Virus record (IMG/VR): IMGVR_UViG_3300010413_000039 | Span: 4,391 to 68,390 of that record | Length of the DNA: 64,000 nucleotides | Strand: one strand, 5' to 3' | From: a virus | Shown here: in pieces, positions 20,501-29,300 of the stretch | Numbering within the stretch: the stretch's first letter is position 1 | Layout: each line of letters begins with the position of its first letter | Notes under the pieces: generated by a model | The model's database searches: none | Told to the model about the DNA's origin: nothing | What the model saw: only the letters and a program-made list of their open reading frames with translations | Translations under genes and position numbers: made by a program

Positions 20501-21919
20501 GGGTCTGCAGAGTATGTTAAGGTTTCATCATCTGGTCTTAGCTTATATGGTAACAGCACAGAAGTAATAAAATTAGATACCTCTGGAAATGCTATATTTG
20601 GTCAGGTTGCAACGGATCAAGGAAATATGTACTGGAATGTAACAACTAAACAACTTCAGTTTAGAGGAGACACGTCTGGTACTGTAGTAAAAGCATATAT
20701 TGATACAGACGGTAGTCTATCAGTTGGAGAAGGGACATTAAAATTTGATCATCTAGGAGAAACCATAACTACCCCTGGTAGAGTGTTTGAGGGGTTAGTT
20801 ACTGAGATAGATTCTGATCCAATCGGCGGTATCTATATGGATTATAATTCAGATGCTGTTGATGGTGATGTTGTTAGTAGGTTCTGGTTTGATCGTGGCG
20901 AGTATGGTACTGAACAAATAACAAATGGCACATTTGAATCTGGTCTTACAGGATGGACATTCACAGAGACAGGAGATACGTCTTATACACAATCCAGTGT
21001 TTCTAAGGTTGGTGATTATTCTATGTATCTCACAGCATCATATGATCTTGGTATATCGGACATTGTTGCTAAATCAAACTCTATCACAGCAACTACTGGT
21101 GATAGGTTCATAATAACTTTTTACTACAGAACATCACTTACTGGAACATCACTTGATCATGGTACAATATCTGTATATTCTTATGGTGCTGGTGTATCTG
21201 GTGTTATAAATTATCTTCCTATACAGCCTACAGGAAGATGGAGGTATGTTCATGTAGTAACCCCACCATGCCCATCAGGAACAACATCTGCAGAACTTCG
21301 TCTGAGGGTAGCAAGTGGTTATTCTGGAACTGTAGGAATTTACTTTGATCAGGTCTCAGTAAAAAAGATAACATACTATTCATCTATTCTTTTGGATCAA
21401 ACATCTATTGAGATGTACAACGATGTTGGTATAAATTATGGTGATTTCTATGTAAGAAATGGCGGTCTTTCTGTTGGAAGTTCTACAGCACCTGATGAAG
21501 GGAGTGTTCTTTACACTGGAAACCTTGTGAGTATGCCTGCTGGTTTTGGTGGGACTGAGTATGACGTATACGCCTACTATGCACTAACAACGAAATCCGT
21601 ACATACTTCTTGGGATGGTGACAGTAAGTCTACGGGAGAATCTACAGTAAGCCTGACATCAACATGGACAATTACAGTTCCATCATATGCTAAGGCTATT
21701 CAAATAAGAATGAGAGTAGAAAGTGCGACTGCTGGTGCTAGTGTTTCTGTAGGAAATAGTACAGATAAGTATCAAATGACGTTGTTTGCACCTGCATCAA
21801 GTACAAGTGTTCCATCTGGTGGTAACGGTATTATCACCCTAGATAATACAAATATATATGTAAATGTAGCGGGTGCAACATGTAATGTCTATATATGGAT
21901 ATTGGGATGGTTTATCTAA
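17549..21919 (+). CDS. tail fibre / receptor-binding protein
   Basis: 1456 aa, Gly/Ser/Thr-rich; NADTVDG motif; ITNGTFE...YFDQVSV CBM-like module. Confidence 0.75.
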   Translation: MNINKQVVDQLSRWFVRRDKDTTFGGHLLPSAESTYNIGSSDRRVNVLYARAVVADNLGTTEGGGIGNADTVDGYDASSTPTASTLLPLDGSAQFPTSVYPNALLVDGSRALTGNLSVNAGITIDGVDIGAHASNADAHHSRSHGITSSSDHTVTGSTQQLVGLTGTNTLGLLTPSSSPGASSQILKSDTDGRLRLEELGLGNSPSAYYKLYAVQSKTSPGVGVGGIYSQAVISDVATYYGSGLFLLEQAQTASNNSLTMTNLLARYVHNTTYNHTGAIYNLVSETYSYSTGDISNVYDIVAGAGYDQYSSTILGNRFGVLVQDSSFSISGAQYGLYVSSLTKGVDNYAILTNNGYVKFGDNVAIVGSPSEYTGLYIVREGSGASAVHVYGEHIFAYSTDHQDAYSLTALYAQAYFQDTSSSSVGLVGGEISVFHSTGSTLTSAIGVQTNAYLYSSGEISNWYGFFVGGSFLPSGGSVEYRRGLFVAQPATGVVNNYAIQIEDQRNASGFTYAIYSGGGDIHFAYGDMTLNDIDIETSNYVSQTTGWAIGYDGSADFRSLYSDEIVTKAFIAEVYESLVGAIIVTKSRAKLSRSFTVPFGTEIVGISSSLTGVSIVAVDTGSEYFSISGDHTSEIAVGDKFTVAGSTGNDGIWTVASTSYVDPNTRIFVSGDITDATVDGTISFHHYFSIDGNHTAKFSVSDTIYINYSTGNDGSYTVESTYYDSGNDETDIYPTTAIPVLTVDGNLGKGSTIYLQDLEGLEGTQVFSANDFVELRVIDTSGGGLIMVNAWGSVSNYTDLTGGEQSWLFEAVYSESGYGLTVNSGSLVLDYGQPSSGSRGVVEITVLDSAGSPYSQVKTWETNPYNPANWTTHLREGNLDGISGIDLEYGLWAGQGTGATDTWILLSDQSAEIHNMPLKINDGSNNTILLEPSTPYFSIGSTAPTSYSSGSGIWMGKDSGAFKFRVGNPSGIRFAWDGTDVYVGGSAEYVKVSSSGLSLYGNSTEVIKLDTSGNAIFGQVATDQGNMYWNVTTKQLQFRGDTSGTVVKAYIDTDGSLSVGEGTLKFDHLGETITTPGRVFEGLVTEIDSDPIGGIYMDYNSDAVDGDVVSRFWFDRGEYGTEQITNGTFESGLTGWTFTETGDTSYTQSSVSKVGDYSMYLTASYDLGISDIVAKSNSITATTGDRFIITFYYRTSLTGTSLDHGTISVYSYGAGVSGVINYLPIQPTGRWRYVHVVTPPCPSGTTSAELRLRVASGYSGTVGIYFDQVSVKKITYYSSILLDQTSIEMYNDVGINYGDFYVRNGGLSVGSSTAPDEGSVLYTGNLVSMPAGFGGTEYDVYAYYALTTKSVHTSWDGDSKSTGESTVSLTSTWTITVPSYAKAIQIRMRVESATAGASVSVGNSTDKYQMTLFAPASSTSVPSGGNGIITLDNTNIYVNVAGATCNVYIWILGWFI

Positions 21920-21928
21920 TGGAGTTTT

Positions 21929-22456
21929 GTGATGAGAAAAATTTTATATGTGACTGTGTTCTTTCTGTGTTTTTTCTTGGTATCCCTATCACCTAATACA
22001 GGTGCTGAAAAAACATACCTGCCTTTGATCCACAATAAAGTTCCTCTGTCATTTGTTCCAGCACGTGTTGTTGGTAAACTTGTTGATGCTGATGGAAACC
22101 CAAAGGCTAATACTATAGTGAGATTGGCTGAGGTTTGGTGTACTAATTATGATCTAAAATATAATTGTGCTGTACTTCTTGATCTGGCAAATGATCCTGC
22201 AGACTGCACCAATCAGAACGGTGAATACGAACTTTCAATTGATGCGTGGTATTTAGAGAATGTTAAGGGCTGGTTATTTCTTTCAGGTGATGTAATAAAT
22301 GGTGATTATCAGCTACACTATTCATCATATGATGATATTATAGAAGTATATTCTGGTCAGATACATGACATGGGTAATGTTATCACTATTGTTAATAATG
22401 AAACATGCAATATACGTGAGCAGTTGGACATTGACAAAATCATAAAAGTGTGGTAA
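21929..22456 (+). CDS. secreted protein with signal peptide, YLPLI motif and carboxypeptidase-regulatory-like domain
   Basis: Hydrophobic N-terminus; AEKTYLPLIHNK; VVGKLVDADGNPKANTIVRL...TNQNGEY. Confidence 0.6.
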   Translation: MMRKILYVTVFFLCFFLVSLSPNTGAEKTYLPLIHNKVPLSFVPARVVGKLVDADGNPKANTIVRLAEVWCTNYDLKYNCAVLLDLANDPADCTNQNGEYELSIDAWYLENVKGWLFLSGDVINGDYQLHYSSYDDIIEVYSGQIHDMGNVITIVNNETCNIREQLDIDKIIKVW

Positions 22457-22459
22457 AAT
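22431..22459 (+). promoter_or_regulatory. sigma70-type promoter
   Basis: TTGACA-17 bp-TAAAAT with TG extension. Confidence 0.65.
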
Positions 22460-22490
22460 AGATAGGTTAATTTATTTTGTGGAGGGTGTT

Positions 22491-22868
22491 ATGACACGCA
22501 ATAGAGTGAGCAAGAGACTTTCATCTGAGTATGAATTTGAGCTACCTGTAATTCAGGTACTGCAGGTATCGTGGTTATTGGCAAAAGAAAATAGAGGGTA
22601 TAATCTTACAGAAGGTAGATATGTAAGTGCTATCATTGAAGAATTTGATCTAGAAAGTTATCCAGAAGTATCAGAAAAAGACCTTAAGAAGATGGTAAAG
22701 GCATCACTATCTGGTTATGAACTCGAATTCCTGAAAGGTTTAATAGCAGAAGAGTTTGATAAGAGGTCTATACCGGCAGTAAGAGTAACGCCTGTTCTTA
22801 ATCTGTACGATCTTATTGAAAGTATGCTTTCAAAACCAGTTGATGAATCAACCATAGAGGAAGAGTAA
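22491..22868 (+). CDS. hypothetical protein
   Basis: GGAGG SD plus ATG at 22491. Confidence 0.6.
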   Translation: MTRNRVSKRLSSEYEFELPVIQVLQVSWLLAKENRGYNLTEGRYVSAIIEEFDLESYPEVSEKDLKKMVKASLSGYELEFLKGLIAEEFDKRSIPAVRVTPVLNLYDLIESMLSKPVDESTIEEE

Positions 22869-22932
22869 CACTACATAAATATGCTTTGCCCGTTTGAAGT
22901 ATTTAACTAATACTTAAGGGTGAGGCATTATA

Positions 22933-23328
22933 ATGGATGATACTAAAATCCTAATTGAGCTACAAAAACTCAATGATGGGCAAGATCATGTTACAGATAA
23001 GATAGATAACATAGCAAGAGACGTTGATAGCCTTAATAAAACAGTTAGGGGGTTCAACGGAAGTCCAGGTTTAGTAACTCAGGTTGTTACTCTACAAAAC
23101 AGTATGACAGTAATGAGTGAGGACATTGCTGAACTAAAGTTATGTGTAAAGGAAGTAGAGAGAACGAGCGCATCAACTAATAGTAATAGTGAACCAGTTG
23201 ATAAAAAGGCTAAATCACTTAGTAAAGAGTGGTTTTTTGATAAGGTGGAATACCTAGGATTAGCGTTTCTTGTCTGGTTTTTACTGGACATATTGCCTAG
23301 GATAATAGAACATTTTGGAACACCATAG
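22933..23328 (+). CDS. coiled-coil protein with C-terminal TM helix (lysis-associated)
   Basis: Heptad region plus YLGLAFLVWFLLDIL; upstream of the endolysin. Confidence 0.55.
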   Translation: MDDTKILIELQKLNDGQDHVTDKIDNIARDVDSLNKTVRGFNGSPGLVTQVVTLQNSMTVMSEDIAELKLCVKEVERTSASTNSNSEPVDKKAKSLSKEWFFDKVEYLGLAFLVWFLLDILPRIIEHFGTP

Positions 23329-23338
23329 GGAGGATAAT

Positions 23339-23740
23339 ATGGAAGAAAGATTACAAAGTTGGTTAGATTTTCTAGTAGGGTTGAAAAATGAGGGCGTTCA
23401 GTTCTCACTCCAAATTGATTTGGGGGAAGAGTTTGGTGAAGTTTATGTTGAAATTCCAGATGATGGGGGCAGTTCTGGTGGTAATGGTGGTGGTACTCCT
23501 GTAACAAGGCAGAGATACATTGTAGATACAACTGGAAAGAATAACAATAAAGTTAAGGTTCGTCCATTACCATCTAACTCATATGGGGAACATGATTTTG
23601 TGTTGAATGGCGAGATCATAGAAGGCCCTAAAGGCAAGGCTCAGGATAATTTTATCTTTATTGATGATAGGGTAAATCCAAATACTAATCTTGTTGCTGG
23701 TTGGGTAGAGGCACAGTACCTAAGAATCTATAACGAATAA
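23339..23740 (+). CDS. SH3-like domain protein
   Basis: VKVRPLPS...GWVEAQYL resembles bacterial SH3b; Gly linker. Confidence 0.55.
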   Translation: MEERLQSWLDFLVGLKNEGVQFSLQIDLGEEFGEVYVEIPDDGGSSGGNGGGTPVTRQRYIVDTTGKNNNKVKVRPLPSNSYGEHDFVLNGEIIEGPKGKAQDNFIFIDDRVNPNTNLVAGWVEAQYLRIYNE

Positions 23741-23756
23741 TTTCGGGGGGATTATC

Positions 23757-24671
23757 ATGGGGGGAAACCAATCTCTACCAGAAGGATTAGATTTTTCTAG
23801 ATGGAATCCTGACTGGCAACCAGAAGTCTCAATATCTAGGGGCAGTAAATTCATAATTAACAGGTTATCTGTTGGTACATATTATGAAGATGCCACATAT
23901 AAAGAAAATTATGTAAAAGCTAGACAGTATGGACTTCCGTATTCGGCATATCATGTTGTAAAACCATCCTATTCTGCAGTATCACAGATGAATTATGCTT
24001 TCGGTTTATTGAAATCATATCCTGCAGATAGGATTGTGCTTGATATAGAAGTACACGATAAACAAACACCAGAAAAAATAACTGATGTTGTATATGGATG
24101 TATGATGGAATGTGTTGATAGGGGTCACATTCCAATAATATACACATCTGCCGGTTTCTGGAACTATTACATTCTTAGAAAATCGCTTTGGAAAAATTAC
24201 CCACTTCACGTTGCTAACTACGGTGTTCTATACCCAACAATACCAGTAGATTGGCAAGGTGTTGGCTGGAAATTGTGGCAATACAGTGCGGATGGGAACT
24301 ATCTTGGGTCGTACTATGGGGTTAGCTCACGACATGTTGATGTAAATAAATTCAATGGGACTTTAGAGGAAATGTATTCCTTTTTCAATGCAACCATGCC
24401 GAATCCAGACCCTGACCCTGATCCAGAACCACAACCAGAACAAGACTACATTAATGCATATCTTTGGAAGACACTTACCAGATTAAATGTAAGAACAAAG
24501 CCAAGTACATCATCTAGTATTGTTCGCACACTTCCAAGTAATACGATTGTAGAAGAATTAGAGAGTATAGACGATAACAGCAATAGGTGGATTAGAATAG
24601 GTAATTCTCAGTATTGCGCTGTTACGTATAATGGAAATAAATATCTCACACCAATTTATAAGGAGAGTTAG
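23757..24671 (+). CDS. endolysin, GH25 muramidase plus SH3b
   Basis: GLDFSRWN, VLDIE, IIYTS, WQYS, VDVN motifs; PD/PE linker; LNVRTKPS SH3b. Confidence 0.9.
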   Translation: MGGNQSLPEGLDFSRWNPDWQPEVSISRGSKFIINRLSVGTYYEDATYKENYVKARQYGLPYSAYHVVKPSYSAVSQMNYAFGLLKSYPADRIVLDIEVHDKQTPEKITDVVYGCMMECVDRGHIPIIYTSAGFWNYYILRKSLWKNYPLHVANYGVLYPTIPVDWQGVGWKLWQYSADGNYLGSYYGVSSRHVDVNKFNGTLEEMYSFFNATMPNPDPDPDPEPQPEQDYINAYLWKTLTRLNVRTKPSTSSSIVRTLPSNTIVEELESIDDNSNRWIRIGNSQYCAVTYNGNKYLTPIYKES

Positions 24672-24673
24672 AA

Positions 24674-25051
24674 ATGGAATTCACATTTGATATTGGCGAA
24701 GTTTTACAGCTTATTATTCAGATCATCATAACTGTTTTACTTCCAGTTGTTTTAACATATGTTGGGGTGGCTGTTCGTGCGTGGTGGATTAAGATTAAGG
24801 CTCAAATCCCTGCAGAGCAATATGCGTTTGCATCTACTTTAGTTTCTCAACTGGTTCTTGCGGCTGAACAATCTGGATTGGCTGGAATTCTGTCAAATGA
24901 GTCACAGGCAAAGAAAGCATGGGTTATTGAACGTGCAGAGGCAGAACTTGCTAAGATGGGTATCAAGATGGACTTGGAAACAATCTCTGATCTGATCGAG
25001 GCGGCAGTAAAAGCAGAATTAAATAAAGATAAAGTACCTGCAGAGGGATAA
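24674..25051 (+). CDS. holin (LL-H-like)
   Basis: N-terminal TM; VLAAEQ...KK...LIEAAV pattern; follows the endolysin. Confidence 0.75.
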   Translation: MEFTFDIGEVLQLIIQIIITVLLPVVLTYVGVAVRAWWIKIKAQIPAEQYAFASTLVSQLVLAAEQSGLAGILSNESQAKKAWVIERAEAELAKMGIKMDLETISDLIEAAVKAELNKDKVPAEG

Positions 25052-25076
25052 TACTTTATTCTTTACGGAGGTTTAG

Positions 25077-25445
25077 ATGGCAAGAGCAGAATTATCTTTA
25101 ATAACAACAACGAGACCTGGGACAGCAGTTACTTTTACAGCGGCAACAGCAGACGGACACGCATTCCAGAACGAAAGAGAGAATGTTATCCTGTTAGTGA
25201 AAAACGATTCTGGTGGTGCTGTAACAGTTTCAATCAATACGCCAGGTACAGTTGATGGGTTGGCAATTCCAGATCAGGGTGGTTCGGTTTCTGCTGGAAC
25301 TATAAAGGCATTCGGCCCATTTAGGAAATCTTTGTATAACCAAGATGATAGCGGAGGCGATACTGGTCTAACAGAGGCTGTGTTTGTAAACACAAGTGTT
25401 CAAACAAGTATCTCATACTCTGCAGTTAAACTTGGTACAAAGTAG
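25077..25445 (+). CDS. putative virion structural protein
   Basis: Beta-rich; LLVKNDSGGAVTV and AFGPF motifs. Confidence 0.55.
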   Translation: MARAELSLITTTRPGTAVTFTAATADGHAFQNERENVILLVKNDSGGAVTVSINTPGTVDGLAIPDQGGSVSAGTIKAFGPFRKSLYNQDDSGGDTGLTEAVFVNTSVQTSISYSAVKLGTK

Positions 25446-25454
25446 GAGTGAATT

Positions 25455-25826
25455 ATGGGAAAATCAGTTAGTAATACAGTTCTTGATGCGGCATTAAATT
25501 ATATTAAAAACAATGCTGACTTAATGACTGCTTGTAGTGCAGAACCAACAAACCTTACAGAGGCTGTGACAACTTATGCTCTTGCAGATGTTGCCATGAC
25601 TGGTACAGATTTTACCGTTGGTGATGGTGATACAAATGGTCGTAAGGTAGCGGTTGGTGCAAAAGCAGATGTACTGGTTGATGCAAGTGATACTGCAACT
25701 CATGTTGCGCTTGTAGATTCTGGTACAGAACTTCTTTATGTAACTACATGTACGTCACAAGCACTTACGTCTGGAAATACAGTAGATTTCCCAACATGGG
25801 ATATCGAAATTGCTGATCCTACATAA
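25455..25826 (+). CDS. putative virion structural protein (fibre-associated)
   Basis: VLDAAL...ATHVALVD...LTSGNTVDFP, a type often found upstream of long fibre genes. Confidence 0.55.
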   Translation: MGKSVSNTVLDAALNYIKNNADLMTACSAEPTNLTEAVTTYALADVAMTGTDFTVGDGDTNGRKVAVGAKADVLVDASDTATHVALVDSGTELLYVTTCTSQALTSGNTVDFPTWDIEIADPT

Positions 25827-25881
25827 TTATAATGTAGGGTAATAAAAATTTAGTATTTAACAACACTGCAATTTAATAATT

Positions 25882-25918
25882 AAATAGGTAGGTATACATG
25901 TGTACCTGCCTATTTTTT
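25882..25918 (+). terminator. intrinsic terminator containing a GTAYACATGTGTAC palindrome
   Basis: ATAGGTAGGTA...TACCTGCCTAT plus T run. Confidence 0.7.
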
Positions 25919-25933
25919 ATTTAGAGGGATATT

Positions 25934-26344
25934 ATGATAGACTATAAACTTATTTCTACACCAACATTTCAATCAAATTTTGAAACCAATGCACCAACAA
26001 TTATAAGCTGGATAAAGAATAATCCTGGAAAAACATATCAACAAATAGCAACTGGTACTGGATTTTCTTTGGGAATAGTGCAGGATTTTTGTAATATACT
26101 TGCAAATATGGGTCTTGCTCTTGAAGTAGCTGGTGGTTCTGGTGAAACTGTGGTATGGCATGTTTCAGACTGGTCTAGTGAATTAGAATCTAATATACAG
26201 AATGCCAGAAACTGGTTAGATACACACAATAATCAGCTTATGACACATATGCAAGCAGACTTGGGAGTCCCGTATGAGATTGCAGAAAGACTAGGGTATT
26301 TCTTACAGGTAGAAGGTTCTGCTATGAGACTTACAGCAGTCTAG
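25934..26344 (+). CDS. tandem winged-helix-like protein
   Basis: IISWIKNNPGKTYQQIATGTGFSLGIVQ HTH-like pattern with a second degenerate copy. Confidence 0.5.
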   Translation: MIDYKLISTPTFQSNFETNAPTIISWIKNNPGKTYQQIATGTGFSLGIVQDFCNILANMGLALEVAGGSGETVVWHVSDWSSELESNIQNARNWLDTHNNQLMTHMQADLGVPYEIAERLGYFLQVEGSAMRLTAV

Positions 26345-26354
26345 GAAATTGTAA

Positions 26355-29300
26355 ATGGCTCAATATGCACGTCCCGATAGTGATATTGTTACTGGCGGTT
26401 GGGGAACTGCACCTCTTTATCAGAATGTAGACGAGATAACCTATAGTGACACAGATTACATTCAAGGCCCAACTCGTGAAGACGGTACTTGTGAACTGGG
26501 TCTTTCAACTGTTACAGACCCGTCTAGTTCCAGTGGGCATATTGTTAGGGTTCGTGCTAAAAAGAACAGTTCGTCTGCGGTAGTAAATCTTACCGCCTAT
26601 TTATATCAAGGTGCAACACAGAAAGCAAGTTTTTCTGTTTCTCTATCTGCCAGTTATGCAACAACTGAATACACACTAAGCAGTGGTGAGGCTGATAGTA
26701 TTACTGATTACTCAGACCTCCGCATTAAATTATTTAATGACTGGGTATCTGGTGTTCAGAGCGTATCTTCTGTATCTTGGGTGGAGTTTGAAGTACCAGA
26801 TTCAGCAGGAGTAGAATTAGTTATAGCGTCTGCAACACACTCTCACACTGCAGATAATATAGCACTTACCCAAGATCATCAGCTAACTATTCAATCAGCC
26901 ACACATTCACAGACTGCAGACAATGTTGTCTTAGTACAAGATCACCAGATTGTAATTCAATCTGCAGACCATTCACATACTGCGGATAATCTAGAACTTA
27001 CACAGCATTCAACATTAACAATCCAGTCTGCGGATCATTCCCATACTGCGGATAATATTGATTTAACTCAGGATCACCAGCTTGTTGTTCAGTCTGCGGA
27101 TCATTCACACATTGCAGATAATATTATACTTGTACAAGATCACCAACTTGTTGTACAGGAATCAGCCCACGATCATACATCAGATAATATAAGTCTTACA
27201 CAAGATCATCAGTTATCAATAAATTCTGCAGATCACTCACATTCTGCAGATAACATCCTATTAACACAGGATCATCAACTTGTAATACAGTCATCAGACC
27301 ACTCTCATACTGCGGATAATCTTGATCTTGCACAGGATCATCAACTTGTAGTACAAGAATCAACGCACTCCCATACTGCAGATAATGTAGAACTTGTACC
27401 TCAGACATCAGTCGAGCTTATAATACAATCAGCAGTACATTCTCAAACATCCGATAATATTGATCTTGCTCAAAAGTCTACTCTGGTAATTGGTTCTGGA
27501 ACTCACTCACATACTGCAGATAATATCTCGATAACTCAGCACCATGTTCTTGAAATATCTGGTCAAGAATACAGCAATAAAGTTTTAGGATTATCCCCAA
27601 TTGCTTACTGGATTTTAGGTGAGAAGTCTGGTTCAACAGCAGTTGATCAGGTAAATCCTAGCCAAAATGGTACTTATTCAAATGTAAGCCTGAATTATGA
27701 TACTGGAATAGATGATCAAGACGGTGATAAAGATCATAATGTAACCCCACTATTTCAAATAGCAAGTAATTCGAGAGTAAATATTCAATCAAGTTCTCTA
27801 GAATCTGCCTTTGACGGTAATTCTGGAACTATGTCACTATGGGTAAAAACAAACTGGTCTACTGGAAGTGGAAATAGGACTATATTAATAATTTCTTATG
27901 CTAGTAATTATTATATAAACATATATAGACCAACAACAGCCAATACTTTATCTGTACTACGCTCTGCAGGAACAACCTACACTTTATCTAAATCTGGCAT
28001 AACTAGTAGTGATTGGATTCATGTAGGTTTTACTTGGGATTATGCTAGTGGAAAAAGTTACCTGTATGTAAATGGTGTTTTAGCCCAAAGCAAAGAAGAT
28101 GGTATCGGAAATTGGACTGACACAACAATGTTTTCAGGATATAACAACATAGGTTGTTTTAGTCTTGGAACTGCTCATTTCGAGGGTCAGGTTTCACACG
28201 TTACTGTTTTTGATAAAGCGTTATCAGAAGAAAATATCATTGCTCTGGCAGATATACCACCAGAATTAGTACACACCCATACTGCAGACAACCTAGATTT
28301 AACACAGGATCACCAGCTTGATATAAACTCATCAGATCACTCCCATACTGCAGATAGCATAGAGTTAACACAGCATCATACTCTTGTTGTCCAGCAATCA
28401 GCACATTCACACAGTTCTGATAACATAGATTTAACACAGTCACAGGTTCTTGTAGTACAGTCTGCAGATCACTCCCATACAGCAGATAATGTTCCTATTG
28501 CACAAACACATAATCTGGTAGTACAGCAGTCAAATCATGGGCACACTGCAGATAATATTAGCCTAGTGCAGGATCACCAGCTAGATGTACAATCATCAGA
28601 TCATGGTCATACATCCGATAATATAGATTTAGTGCAGGATCACCAGTTAGTAATACAATCTTCAAGCCACTCACAGACATCTGAAAATATTAGTTTGTCT
28701 CAAACCCATAAACTAACTGTACAATCAAGCGAACACCAGCATACTGCAGGCAACATAGACTTAACACAAGACCACCATTTAGTAATAAATGATTCAAGTC
28801 ATGTGCACTATGCTGAAAATGTTGATATATCAAGTGGCATAGAACTTGAAATTAGTGGATCATCCCACTCCCATACTGCAGATAATATAAGTCTTGTTCA
28901 AGATCACCAACTGGTTATCCAAGAAAGCAGTCATGCCCATACTGCGGATAATATATATCTTGGTGCTGATCTTCTGGTAGATGGCTCTGCTCATGCAGTA
29001 ACATCAGATAACATTTCGTTAACACAAGCCCATACGATTGTAATACAGTCATCAGATCATACTCATTCTGCAGACAGTATTGATTTAACACAACATCATT
29101 ATCTAGTAATAGGCAGTGCCAGTCATTCACATACTGCTGATAATATCGGTTTATCACAATCACATAAACTATCTATAAATAGTGGTTTACACCAACATAC
29201 TGCAGACAATATAGTTCTTACACAAGATCACCAACTTGTTATTAATAGCTCAAATCATGTACACACAGCAGATAATGTATCTATTTCAAGCGGAACTCTA

